This document shows positions 21,533-31,166 of a stretch of DNA of 64,000 nt, piece after piece. The notes beneath the pieces are model-generated. The model was not told the DNA's origin. It saw only the letters and a list, made by a program, of their open reading frames with translations, and made no database searches. Position 1 is the first letter of the stretch; every line of letters begins with the position of its first letter. The position numbers and the translations under genes are program-made. This DNA comes from an uncultured Gammaproteobacteria bacterium (lineage in GTDB: Bacteria; Pseudomonadota; Gammaproteobacteria; Xanthomonadales; SZUA-36): contig CAWDDX010000007.1 in the NCBI GenBank assembly GCA_963801195.1, positions 1,129,695-1,193,694 on the forward strand. Reading direction: 5' to 3'.

Positions 21533-21574
21533 GCCTCCAACTAGCCCCTTCATTGGGCTTTTTTATGTCTCAAA
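21533..21574 (+). repeat. direct repeat copy 2, putative attR
   Basis: gcctccaactagccccttcattgggcttttttatgtctcaaa matches about 35 of 42 positions of copy 1 and keeps the hairpin plus T run. Confidence 0.7.
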
Positions 21575-21771
21575 TATCGACTTGTGTAAGACCGGTCTTC
21601 AAAAAGTCACAGATGGCGAGCGTATCAGGGGGTTCTGTCGGTTTATACGTTCGAGCAGTGGCGTTTAACGGCAGGCGACATAAAAAAAGAGGGCGGGGCA
21701 GGCTTGTGGAAGTCACCAGGTCGGGTTTTTAATCCTGTATTTTTTGGCTAGGTAGCCGCGATCGTCAGCTT

Positions 21772-22815
21772 TTATACAACCTTCGCCCCTTCAACCTCAA
21801 CCATCAATTCCTGCCGGCAAATGGTGCCCTGTAGAAAGATTACCTTTTGATGGAATCCTTTCATTAACCTATTCATTTTTTCCAAAACCACACGATAGTC
21901 ATCCGGGTTCTTCAGGTACACGCGCAAAATGCTTTGATCGTCCAGAACGAATTGGGCTTTCCCCGGCTCGAGACGTGAAATTTCATCGCACAAAATTGCG
22001 AGGTTATTCAGGGTTTCATCAGCTTGAAGGCCGGTGTTAAATGGAAAGTTGGACTCGTGACCCACGACGGCGGCTGTACCGGAAACCAGGAACAGCGTAT
22101 GACTATCAAGTGCTATAAACCCACCCCTGCAGAATTTTGGGCTTCGTGGACCGTATTGCCTGGGATAATTGAATGCACTCGTTTGCCGCGGGTTTTCCAC
22201 CGGGTGAAATGCCTGTTTTGAAGCAAGTCCTATCAATGCAAAACCACTGCCTTCGCGGCCGCCAATAGCGGTGCCGACCGGGGCAATATCGTCGTGGATA
22301 CCCATGGTCTCAAATGCCTCGGCACGGCCAACACAGAACTGCCGGTACTTTTCAAGATCGTCATTACCGGCATTGATGTCGTCAAAATAATTCCAGATTC
22401 TGACCAGTGTGCTGTGACTCGTTGAACGCACTGCATTGATCAATTCCGTGTAAGCCTGGCGTGTTTGCTCGCGAAAGTCTTCGGGGGCTACTGGGTCCTT
22501 CCGTAAAATCACCGCCGTGTAGTCTTGACACTCGGCAACCCTGACCGGGCCTGATTTCGTGTACTTGATTTCTCCTTTGTACCACCAGGTTTCGATCACG
22601 CGTTCAGGGTCGAGGGGTTGTAGTTGCAGGTTGATGATGGCTGCGTGCTCATGTTCGGTGAAATTGTTTCCAAATTGGAACCCCAGGAGCAAATTATGCG
22701 CAGTGCTTGGAGCGATGATTTCATTGCCAATGCTGATTTCGAGTGGCCCGACACTTTTTCTGATGCCTGTGTCATTACCTGCAATCCTGTCACCCGTTTG
22801 CGTTTGCGTGTTCAC
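21772..22815 (-). CDS. FkbO/Hyg5-family chorismatase (XanB2-like 3-/4-hydroxybenzoate synthase)
   Basis: 347 aa. Family signature RIWNYFDDIN...YRQFCVGRAEAF and a C-terminal YjgF/RidA-like part. Its start overlaps the upstream halogenase stop by 4 nt. Confidence 0.8.
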   Translation of the reverse strand: MNTQTQTGDRIAGNDTGIRKSVGPLEISIGNEIIAPSTAHNLLLGFQFGNNFTEHEHAAIINLQLQPLDPERVIETWWYKGEIKYTKSGPVRVAECQDYTAVILRKDPVAPEDFREQTRQAYTELINAVRSTSHSTLVRIWNYFDDINAGNDDLEKYRQFCVGRAEAFETMGIHDDIAPVGTAIGGREGSGFALIGLASKQAFHPVENPRQTSAFNYPRQYGPRSPKFCRGGFIALDSHTLFLVSGTAAVVGHESNFPFNTGLQADETLNNLAILCDEISRLEPGKAQFVLDDQSILRVYLKNPDDYRVVLEKMNRLMKGFHQKVIFLQGTICRQELMVEVEGAKVV

Positions 22816-24113
22816 TGGCTGATTTCTGATCGAATGCGGGTCATGCGGGCCTTCCTGTATCTTGAGGCCTCTTTCCAGTTGAGCAAGGAGGACACTGCAT
22901 AGATGGTTTTAAATACAAGAAGACGGCGCCGTACTTCACGGTTGGTGAAAACATCACCCGCCAACATTGAGATTACGGCCTGAACCACCTTCAGGACATT
23001 TCGGGGGTTGCTCATCAGGTTGCGCATAACAGGTGTCGTAAAACGGTAAATAAACCAGGAAAAGTTGGCAATGCCTGTCCGCATCTCGCGTTGATAATGA
23101 CCGCACGCCAGTTGGTATCTGATCTTGCTACCCGAAAGCCAGGCTTCTGCTACTGGCACACCCCGTTCGGCAGCGTGCATTGCCAGGTAAACACCACTGG
23201 AGAAAACGGGGTCAATAAAAGCAAACGCATCACCCACCATGAGAAACCCCGGTCCGTACATCCGCTTTGAGAGATAAGAGTAATTACCCGTCGCCTGGGC
23301 CGGCATGACAGCAGTTGCGGTCACTAATCTCTCTTTCACCTCTGCAAGGCCGTTCAGTGTCAAGAGCAGGAAATCATCCAGCGAACTTTTGCGGGTCTTG
23401 AGGTGTTCCGGATAGCACACGGCACCGATACTCATGATGTCATCTTGCAGTGGGATCATCCATATCCAGCCGCTTTCAAACCAATAGATGCTGATATTGC
23501 CCTGGTCTTGCCCGGGTCTGCGTTTGACGCCTTTGAAATGGCCATAGACCGCAGCACTGGCATGTTTGCGATTGGGTTGTTTCCAACCGTTCGCGGTAGA
23601 CAAAAAAGTGTCCCTGCCGGATGCATCGACCAGAAAACGGGCTGTCCAAACGTGTTCTTCGCCGTTGCTGTCGGTTGCGAATACCTTCTGCACGCCTTCA
23701 TTCAGCGCATCTACTTGATGAACTTTCATTCCCTCAAAGGTGTGTACTCCTGAATTTGTGCAATTTTTGAACAGGATGTGATCAAAATCTGAGCGCCGTA
23801 CTTCAAAAGCACTTTCAGGGCTGGCGCCGAGGGCCTCCTTGAAATAAAAAGTTATGGGCTCGGCACCGCTGTTGCCAACGGAAAAATCTGCGCCAAGTTT
23901 TGGCACGCCGATCGATTTAACCTGCTCAAGTACACCAAGACGCTCAAGGATTGGCAAATTCATTGGCAAGAGCGATTCGCCAATATGAAAACGGGGATGA
24001 CGATTTTTTTCAAGCAGGGTGACATCGTATCCCCGCTTTTTCATCAGTCTCCCAAATGTTGTTCCGGCGGGTCCGCCACCGATGATGAGCACATCAGTTT
24101 TTTTGGTCTTCAT
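22812..24113 (-). CDS. flavin-dependent halogenase (1 of 2)
   Basis: FAD fold DVLIIGGGPAGT, halogenase motifs WxWxIP (GWIWMIP) and FxxPxxSxG (FIDPVFSSG). The start is taken at MKTKKTDV. Confidence 0.8.
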   Translation of the reverse strand: MKTKKTDVLIIGGGPAGTTFGRLMKKRGYDVTLLEKNRHPRFHIGESLLPMNLPILERLGVLEQVKSIGVPKLGADFSVGNSGAEPITFYFKEALGASPESAFEVRRSDFDHILFKNCTNSGVHTFEGMKVHQVDALNEGVQKVFATDSNGEEHVWTARFLVDASGRDTFLSTANGWKQPNRKHASAAVYGHFKGVKRRPGQDQGNISIYWFESGWIWMIPLQDDIMSIGAVCYPEHLKTRKSSLDDFLLLTLNGLAEVKERLVTATAVMPAQATGNYSYLSKRMYGPGFLMVGDAFAFIDPVFSSGVYLAMHAAERGVPVAEAWLSGSKIRYQLACGHYQREMRTGIANFSWFIYRFTTPVMRNLMSNPRNVLKVVQAVISMLAGDVFTNREVRRRLLVFKTIYAVSSLLNWKEASRYRKARMTRIRSEISQ

Positions 24114-24207
24114 TTTGTTTTTGAATGATTGAATTCTTGCTAATATAGTTCCACACACTATCATAGTTTTTCCAAACTCTCATAAGCCCGAATGGACTAT
24201 CAGCTAA

Positions 24208-24474
24208 ATGCAGACACAAAGTACTGAAGAAAAGGAATTGGCGGAATTAATCGTTGAAGCTTTAAACCTCGAAGACGTCAACGCTGAAGATATAGGCCCG
24301 GAAGAAGCTTTGTTCGGAGATGGCCTCGGACTTGACTCAATCGATGCCCTGGAGCTTGCATTGGCGATTACACAAAAGTATGCAATTCAACTAAAAGCCG
24401 ATGACCAAAACATGAAAGAGGCGTTTGGTACATTGAGAACCTTAAACGAATACATCATGAAAAACATACCCTAA
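24208..24474 (+). CDS. acyl carrier protein
   Basis: 88 aa with the phosphopantetheine attachment motif GLDSIDALEL. Confidence 0.85.
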   Translation: MQTQSTEEKELAELIVEALNLEDVNAEDIGPEEALFGDGLGLDSIDALELALAITQKYAIQLKADDQNMKEAFGTLRTLNEYIMKNIP

Positions 24475-24520
24475 AAAGCACATATCCTCTGCGATCTCTA
24501 ATTCCGGCCAGGATTGATAT

Positions 24521-25870
24521 TTGAAAATTGAACAGTATTTTCCAATTACGGCTAGAAAGCCGCAAGAGATCATTGCATTTCATGCCGGCGAGGCAGTTGA
24601 TGTCGGGCAATTTATAAAGCAGGCAAAATCACTCGCCTGCAGACTGCCGAAACACCGCTACGTCTTTAACCTGTTTGCCAACCGGTTTGAGTATTTGCTC
24701 GGCTTCTGTGCTTCCGTTATTGCAGGGCAATGCACCTTAATGCCGCCAAACAGGCTGGATAAAACACTGCAAGATTTGGCTCAGCAGTATCCGGACAGCT
24801 ATTTTTTGGGTGACGGTGAATTTGCGGATGTGGGAGTTGATGGCATAAACCGCCATGCCGGGCGGCACAAAATAGCCGGCGGTGACATACCGCTGATTCC
24901 GGTGGACCAACTTTGTGCCATCGCGTTTACTTCTGGCAGCACTGGCAAACCAAGCCCCAATCCGAAATATTGGGAAACATTGCGGGTCGGTAGTGGTGGA
25001 AACGCCGCATTGCTGCTGAAAAAGACCAGCGAGCGGCTGAATATCGTAGCCACGGTTCCTCCACAGCATATGTGGGGGCTCGAAACTTCAATACTTTTCC
25101 CCTTGTTTTCCAATGTGGCGATTTCGGACCGCACTCCATTCTACCCCCGGGATATTGCGGAGGCCGTTGAATCGCTGCCCGCACCACGCGCCCTGGTATC
25201 GTCACCTGTGCACCTCAATGCGCTGTTGAAGTCCGGTGTTTCAATGCTTGGCCTCGAGCGTGTGTTCAGTGCGACCGCACCCATGTCGGTCGAGTTGGCA
25301 CAGTCGCTGGAGAAACGTTTCGACACCCATGTATTTGAAGTTTTCGGTTGTAGCGAATCGGGAATACTCGCGGGCCGTCATACCGCTACAGAGACGCTCT
25401 GGCATTTGTCGGATCTATTTGAGCTCGAGGTCAAACCGGATGGTGTCCTGGTTAAAGCCCGGCACTTGCCAGACGAGGTCATGATGCAGGATATCATCGA
25501 AAAACATGGTGAAAATAGCTTCGAATGGCTCGGTCGTCATCAGGACATGCTCAATATCGCCGGTAAGCGAGGCTCGTTGGCAGATTTGAATCGGCGACTT
25601 CTGGCGATTCCAGGTGTCGTAGATGGTGTGGTATTCAAGCCCGAGGGTGAATCTGAGAGGTTGGCGGCGTTAGTGGTGGCACCACATTTACAGCCGTCCG
25701 ATGTGCTGGATGCGCTTAAACTGCTGGTGGACTCGGTTTTTTTACCACGGCCTGTCTATATCGTACCGGTTCTTCCACGTCAGGAAACGGGGAAACTGGC
25801 GAACGCGGCGGTCATGGATTTATTTGAGGATATTATGAAAACAAAGCGTCAGGGCTTAGAGACGACTTAG
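24521..25870 (+). CDS. AMP-dependent aryl/acyl-ACP ligase (XanA2-like)
   Basis: 449 aa. Adenylation motif AFTSGSTGKPS and the later GCSESG / GKRGSL regions. Located next to the ACP. Confidence 0.75.
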   Translation: MKIEQYFPITARKPQEIIAFHAGEAVDVGQFIKQAKSLACRLPKHRYVFNLFANRFEYLLGFCASVIAGQCTLMPPNRLDKTLQDLAQQYPDSYFLGDGEFADVGVDGINRHAGRHKIAGGDIPLIPVDQLCAIAFTSGSTGKPSPNPKYWETLRVGSGGNAALLLKKTSERLNIVATVPPQHMWGLETSILFPLFSNVAISDRTPFYPRDIAEAVESLPAPRALVSSPVHLNALLKSGVSMLGLERVFSATAPMSVELAQSLEKRFDTHVFEVFGCSESGILAGRHTATETLWHLSDLFELEVKPDGVLVKARHLPDEVMMQDIIEKHGENSFEWLGRHQDMLNIAGKRGSLADLNRRLLAIPGVVDGVVFKPEGESERLAALVVAPHLQPSDVLDALKLLVDSVFLPRPVYIVPVLPRQETGKLANAAVMDLFEDIMKTKRQGLETT

Positions 25871-25879
25871 GTAACGGAG

Positions 25880-26485
25880 ATGATTTTGAACATCTACAAA
25901 CACGATGGGGCAGGGGTTGTTGTGAGGCTGGTGATGACCTGTTTATTGGTTTTCTCATCCGGCTGTGCGTGGTCTCTGGATCTGGGGACCGTGTTTGAAA
26001 ACACCGCCGTTACTGCTCCGTCCCGTGTGGCTTTCCGCGAGGAGCGTCATAACAGCATGTTAAAGGCCCCCATTGTGCTGACAGGATACCTGGAGTATCT
26101 CGCGCCCCAGCATTTGCGCAAAGTGATCGAAACACCTTTTCAAGAGTCGTTCCTGATTGCCGACGACCAGATAGAAATAAGTCAGGACGGTAAGACCCGC
26201 CGCCTGTCTATGAGCAAGAGCAAGCCATTGCAAGTCATGCTGGGTGGTATCGAGGCCATTTTGGCCGGTCAGGTGGACAAGCTGGCCGAATTGTTTGACT
26301 ACAAACTGTCAGGTACTCAGGCTGCATGGTCACTGTGTTTGGAGCCCAGGTCCAGGCGTATCGCTTCACACTTGAAAAGCATGCTGGTTAAAGGCGATGG
26401 AAATTCCATCCGCAGCATACGGATAGACATGAATGAGGGTGAATGGAGCCTGATGGACATTCTGCACGCTGAAGCTGAACCGTGA
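25880..26485 (+). CDS. LolA-like outer-membrane lipoprotein carrier family protein
   Basis: 201 aa with a signal peptide. Its position immediately upstream of, and overlapping, the MMPL exporter is as in aryl-polyene clusters. Confidence 0.55.
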   Translation: MILNIYKHDGAGVVVRLVMTCLLVFSSGCAWSLDLGTVFENTAVTAPSRVAFREERHNSMLKAPIVLTGYLEYLAPQHLRKVIETPFQESFLIADDQIEISQDGKTRRLSMSKSKPLQVMLGGIEAILAGQVDKLAELFDYKLSGTQAAWSLCLEPRSRRIASHLKSMLVKGDGNSIRSIRIDMNEGEWSLMDILHAEAEP

Positions 26486-28782
26486 AAATTAAAAGGGGGA
26501 ATGCCATCAGGGTATCAGTGCTGTGGCTGTTACTGGCCCTTGCTGCATTGACAGTATTGACATTTCGCCTGCAGTTAACATTTGACCTGAGCGCTTTTTT
26601 CCCACAGAAAGCCAGTCTTACACACGAGATTCTGCTGGAACAGTTGAAAAATGGACCGGGATCACGTCTGGTTGTTATCGGTGTCAAGGGTGCTTCAAGA
26701 GACCGGCTCGCTGAGTTCAGCGACACGTTGAAAAACGAGCTGAGCACCCATCCTGCATTTTTAAATGTACTCAACGGCGACTATTCCATGGATGTCGTCA
26801 TTCCCGAACCGGTCAAAAGCTACTACCTCCTGATGGACGATGTTGACTGGAGCAAGCAATCGCTTCAAAAAGCGCTACTGCAGCGTCAGCGTGATTTGAG
26901 CCTTGTCGGTGGTGATGTGCTGCTGGATTTGATGGCCCGCGATCCTTTTTTGCAAACACTGAAAATCCTTGAGCGGCTCAGACCCGTCAGCATCAATGAC
27001 GAGATGTGGTTTGCGAAGGACGGCAGCGCGGTGTTGTTGGCTGAAACCAGGGCTCCGGCAGTTGATATCACTGCCCAGTCGCAGGCCATACACGCGGTTA
27101 AACAGGCGTTCGCAAACCTGCCCGGGTCAGATTCCTTAAAACTTGAGCTGACAGGTGTGGGTGCCTTTAGCGTCGAGTTGCAAAATACCATTCGTGCGGA
27201 GGCTCAAAAACGCACCATCCTGGCAATGACTGCGCTGTTGACGGTCCTGCTCGTCCTTTACCGTAAATTTCGATTGCTGCTGCTGGCTGCCTTACCCGTT
27301 GGTATGGGTTTCGTGGTCGGTCTGGCGATGGTTGCCCTGGTTTTTGACAGCGTTCACGGGATCACGCTGGCATTCGGGTTCACATTGATGGGGGTTGCTA
27401 TCGACTACCCCCTGCATTTGTTCAGTCATGCCCGGCTGGGTTCAGGCCATGCGGCCATTAAACTTATTTGGCCGACGCTGCGTATTGGCGCCGCCAGTAC
27501 GGCAATTGCCTATATCGCAATAGCATTGTCCGGGTCTGAAGGTCTCGCGCAGTTGGGTATCTTCACTGCCAGTGGGGTAATCGTCGCGGCATTGGTGACA
27601 CGTTATTGGCTACCGCTTTTCATTGTTGAACGACCGCGTTTGAAAGCTGGAGCAGAGGTCGGCTTGCAACAGCCTTCACTGGCATTTTCACCCGTTACCC
27701 TGATCCTGTTGCTGACATTGCTTGGCGCACGTTTGCTGCTTGAAGACGGCATGTGGGACGACACACTTTCCAGCCTGAGCCCCGTGCCTGAACCGAGGTT
27801 GATGACGGATAATGTGTTGCGCTCTGCAGCGGGGACACCCGACATGCGCTATCAATTGGTGCTGCATGCTGCAAGTCTCGAGACACTGTTACGTGAAAGC
27901 GAATCGGTTGATTTGCTGCTGCAACAGGCAGTGCATGATGGCTTGCTTCAATCCTGGCAATCCGTCAGCCTGTTGCTTCCGAGTCGCTATCTGCAGAAAA
28001 AGCGGCAGGATGCCATACCTGATAGTGCGTTATTACATGCCCGTTTGAGCGATGTCGTGGCGGAAACCTCCTTTCGCGTTGCCGCCTTCGAGCCTTTTGA
28101 GAACAATGCACGTACAGCGAAAACCCTGGAGCCGTTGATGCCGGCCCAATTTGAAGCCACACCGCTGGCGTCGTGGTTGGGCTCCCATCTGATTCATGTG
28201 GGTGGTCAGTGGGTGTCCCTGGTTTCAATGGGTTATCCTGATCCCCAAGCGCTTGCGCTACGCCTGAAAACCTGGGAACCACAGGTCGAGTTGATTGATT
28301 TGCAACAATCCACAATCGGCCTGATGCGCGACTATCGCAACAGTGCACTCAAAACAATCGCCTACGCCTCCCTGGTCATCATTGCCCTGTTGCTGTTCGA
28401 GCAGAAACAAGCTCGGAAAGTGTTCTGGATAGTGCTCACCGTGATGGGTTCGCTGACCGTGACCATTGTTTCTGTCGCAATCTTGCATTCCGGTTTAACC
28501 ATTATTCACCTGGTAGGCTTGCTGCTGGTGATGGGACTTGGCCTGGATTACGCGCTTTTCCTGAGCCGTACAGAAACCGCAGCGGAGCAAAAGGCCACAC
28601 GTCACGCGGTGGTGGCCTGTGCGCTGACGACAACCTTGACGTTTGGCATACTGGCAGGGTCTTCCATACCGGTTCTGAAGTTTCTTGGTTTGACGGTTGC
28701 CACCGGCTCAGCAGCCAGTTTCATATTGGCCTTTGCCGGAAGCTGGGTATCAAAAAAGGCACTCAACCAAAGCGACGACTGA
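26482..28782 (+). CDS. MMPL/RND-superfamily exporter
   Basis: 766 aa. Two blocks of about 5-6 TM helices separated by large soluble loops. GTGA overlap with the LolA-like gene. Confidence 0.75.
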   Translation: MKIKRGNAIRVSVLWLLLALAALTVLTFRLQLTFDLSAFFPQKASLTHEILLEQLKNGPGSRLVVIGVKGASRDRLAEFSDTLKNELSTHPAFLNVLNGDYSMDVVIPEPVKSYYLLMDDVDWSKQSLQKALLQRQRDLSLVGGDVLLDLMARDPFLQTLKILERLRPVSINDEMWFAKDGSAVLLAETRAPAVDITAQSQAIHAVKQAFANLPGSDSLKLELTGVGAFSVELQNTIRAEAQKRTILAMTALLTVLLVLYRKFRLLLLAALPVGMGFVVGLAMVALVFDSVHGITLAFGFTLMGVAIDYPLHLFSHARLGSGHAAIKLIWPTLRIGAASTAIAYIAIALSGSEGLAQLGIFTASGVIVAALVTRYWLPLFIVERPRLKAGAEVGLQQPSLAFSPVTLILLLTLLGARLLLEDGMWDDTLSSLSPVPEPRLMTDNVLRSAAGTPDMRYQLVLHAASLETLLRESESVDLLLQQAVHDGLLQSWQSVSLLLPSRYLQKKRQDAIPDSALLHARLSDVVAETSFRVAAFEPFENNARTAKTLEPLMPAQFEATPLASWLGSHLIHVGGQWVSLVSMGYPDPQALALRLKTWEPQVELIDLQQSTIGLMRDYRNSALKTIAYASLVIIALLLFEQKQARKVFWIVLTVMGSLTVTIVSVAILHSGLTIIHLVGLLLVMGLGLDYALFLSRTETAAEQKATRHAVVACALTTTLTFGILAGSSIPVLKFLGLTVATGSAASFILAFAGSWVSKKALNQSDD

Positions 28783-30343
28783 GGTCCCCCAGGAGGCTGC
28801 AATGCCGGCTTCCGGACGCACCGGTTGCATTCAGCAAGTTCAGCAAAAGGGGGGCCAAATCATCCAGGCGCTCACAATTTTTTGTGAACTCAAGTTGAAG
28901 GTTATCGGTGGGCTCGAGCAGGGCGGCGTTCAGGTTTCGCATGACCGGGATAGCCACCTGATCAAAAAACCTTCCTTGTCCTGAGGCTGAGTGTTTTTCA
29001 GCAGCCCTTAATCTGAATACGGATTGAAGGGAGTCATTCAAAGCACGGATTTCCGCCAGCCTGGGTTCAATCGTCCTGATAAATGAAATATCTGTCATCA
29101 CATCGCGGAAATACAACCACGCAAGCACTGACCAGTAATAGCAATAATCCCAGGTGGACTTAACCACCGTCAACCGGCTATCGCCAAAGCCCGGATATTG
29201 TTGCTCGTAAAGCGTCATCGTGCTGCTAAAAAACGATTTATACATTTTTTCATAAACCACGCTATGCAGTTGGCGTTGTGATTCCGACCGTGAGCGGGTG
29301 ATCAAATCGCAAATAAATGTATTACTGATAGCGATGAAATCAGTGCCGGGAGAGTAGTACGGGTCAGCAAAAACACCGGCTTCACCGGTCAACGCCCAGC
29401 GATCATGCGACCACAGTTGTTTGCAGTCATGGGCGGGGTGTTTCAGGTATTTGAAATCCATCAGCGTTTCGCGGGCCCCTGACACCTTTTCAGCCAGTTG
29501 CGGCTGATTTGACGCCAGCCAGTCTACAAGCTTGCCAAAACTGTTCATTGACGAGAACGGATGGATGTCGGGATCAGAAACCAGGCCAATGCTGGTTCTG
29601 TCTCCCACCAGCGGTATGATCCAGGTCCAGTATCCACTGCCGACCAGGTGGTTGGTGGATAGCCTGCGTTGCACGCCATTACAGCGTTCTTTCCAGGGCT
29701 GCGAGTCTGACCACTCATCCACGGCTATCGGGGTATCCAGCCTGAACCAGGCCGCATTGATATTGTGTTGGATCGGTTGAGCCAGGTCGAAATGGCGTTT
29801 GAGCAGGCCAAAGCGTGAAGCGGCATCAATGACCCATTGACAGCGGATCGTGTGGCTTTGGTCTTCCTGGCTGAACTGCAGTTGATGCACCATGCCGTTA
29901 CTGCCGATGGCGACCTGCTTGACCATGCAGCCATCCAGGATGCAGACGCCGCGGTCTTTCAATATTCGTGCGAGATCTGTTTCCAGTTGCCCGCGGTCCA
30001 ACTGATAGCTGGCAACAGAAAGATAGTTGCTGGCACCGAGTTCATCGGCATGTGCCAGGTCAGCGTGACTTCCACTGTCGAAGAAAAACCTGAGCCCGAA
30101 TTTTCGCAGTTGGGTGGACTCAAGCAATGGCTTCAGACCCAGGGTATGCGACAAATAATGTGCGCCAATCTCGACCACTGACTCACCGACTTTATGTGCA
30201 GCGACCGGTGGGGGCAGGAGGCTCCGTTCGAGTACGACGATCTCCAATTGTGGAGAATTCTGGTGCAATTGCAGGGCAAGTGTCAGCCCTGCGAGACCAC
30301 CCCCGACAATCGCAACATCGTAGGATGAGTGGACATCAGTCAT
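28763..30343 (-). CDS. flavin-dependent halogenase (2 of 2)
   Basis: 526 aa. DVAIVGGGLAGL, WxWxIP (YWTWIIP), FxxPxxSxG (FADPYYSPG), and a Lys in AAHKVGES. Confidence 0.8.
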   Translation of the reverse strand: MTDVHSSYDVAIVGGGLAGLTLALQLHQNSPQLEIVVLERSLLPPPVAAHKVGESVVEIGAHYLSHTLGLKPLLESTQLRKFGLRFFFDSGSHADLAHADELGASNYLSVASYQLDRGQLETDLARILKDRGVCILDGCMVKQVAIGSNGMVHQLQFSQEDQSHTIRCQWVIDAASRFGLLKRHFDLAQPIQHNINAAWFRLDTPIAVDEWSDSQPWKERCNGVQRRLSTNHLVGSGYWTWIIPLVGDRTSIGLVSDPDIHPFSSMNSFGKLVDWLASNQPQLAEKVSGARETLMDFKYLKHPAHDCKQLWSHDRWALTGEAGVFADPYYSPGTDFIAISNTFICDLITRSRSESQRQLHSVVYEKMYKSFFSSTMTLYEQQYPGFGDSRLTVVKSTWDYCYYWSVLAWLYFRDVMTDISFIRTIEPRLAEIRALNDSLQSVFRLRAAEKHSASGQGRFFDQVAIPVMRNLNAALLEPTDNLQLEFTKNCERLDDLAPLLLNLLNATGASGSRHCSLLGDLSRRFG

Positions 30344-31166
30344 GTTTTTTTTCAGCCGACACCAACGTTTTCAATGTGATGCCAAGACCTGTGCTTTTCG
30401 AAAGTGGAAACCCGAAGCTAATCGGCGTTTTTGGCGCCGCGAATCTACCCGTTGCAATGGCGGCAAGTAGTGGTATCAGTCTTGCGCCGAAGTTTCCTTC
30501 GAAAAACCCGCTTAATTCGCCGGGTAGTTCAGGCCAACCGACTTCTTTTCGGCAGATATTGAATTGAACGGAGGCCATGGGGTTTACGCATACGCCGGGT
30601 TTGGTCAAAAGCATGGCTACAGAGATTGGGTAATCCGACGGACAGGCAAAGTGGAGCGCTGCCGGCGCGGCCATTTCCTGGCTTACCAGTAAAACAGGCA
30701 GTTCTTCTTCCGCCGCTTGAACGGCGGCTTCCAGAAATGCCATGGTCGCCGAGTAGGATAACGCCGATACCGCGTTGGTCGGTGCATGTGTATGACTGGC
30801 GATAGACCAGTAACCTGTCGCGGCATTGTGAACTGAATTGTGAAAGCGGGTGGGCGATACCAGGCGGGGTGTCTCTGCCAAAATACGGCAGAGGTAATCC
30901 GTGATTTGTATATCCCCCATCGCCGATGAAAACACGACGGCCGCCTTTCGGGAATCCTCCGGCAGCATAGCGCAAGCCTGACCCAATACTTCCATGGCCA
31001 TTTTCACCGATTGAGGTGCACGTCGAAGTTCTTTGGCTGGTATCAAACTGGGTTTCAACGGCGTATTTGTTTGCCAGTTGCCGTTGTTGATACCATTGCA
31101 AAACGCTTGCCAATCCGAAAAAAACGGGCTCCATATGCCAATGCCGGCAATGTCGAGATCAGTCAT
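30336..31166 (-). CDS. ketosynthase-like chain-length-factor partner (no active-site Cys)
   Basis: 276 aa with 8-nt overlaps on both sides. The position matching KS TACSSS reads SALSYS. Confidence 0.65.
   Translation of the reverse strand: MTDLDIAGIGIWSPFFSDWQAFCNGINNGNWQTNTPLKPSLIPAKELRRAPQSVKMAMEVLGQACAMLPEDSRKAAVVFSSAMGDIQITDYLCRILAETPRLVSPTRFHNSVHNAATGYWSIASHTHAPTNAVSALSYSATMAFLEAAVQAAEEELPVLLVSQEMAAPAALHFACPSDYPISVAMLLTKPGVCVNPMASVQFNICRKEVGWPELPGELSGFFEGNFGARLIPLLAAIATGRFAAPKTPISFGFPLSKSTGLGITLKTLVSAEKKHD

Larger units (their letters stand above)
19178..21574. mobile_element. degenerate tRNA-Cys-associated genomic islet (no integrase)
   Basis: Bounded by an imperfect ~42-bp direct repeat that includes the last 7 nt of tRNA-Cys. 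The interior is visibly AT-richer than the flanks. Content is orphan ORFs plus ~1 kb without credible ORFs. Confidence 0.55.

Noticed and set aside
19185-21574. Search for a tyrosine or serine recombinase next to tRNA-Cys
   Set aside because: None of the six-frame translations in the islet shows integrase hallmarks (R..HxxR..Y or an N-terminal DUF4102-like pattern). The element is therefore called degenerate, not an intact integrative element.
30529-31134. 201-aa alternative-frame ORF within the CLF-like gene
   Set aside because: It lies on the same strand in a different frame from a gene that fits the KS-fold pattern and overlaps its neighbours in operon fashion. Its composition is not protein-like.
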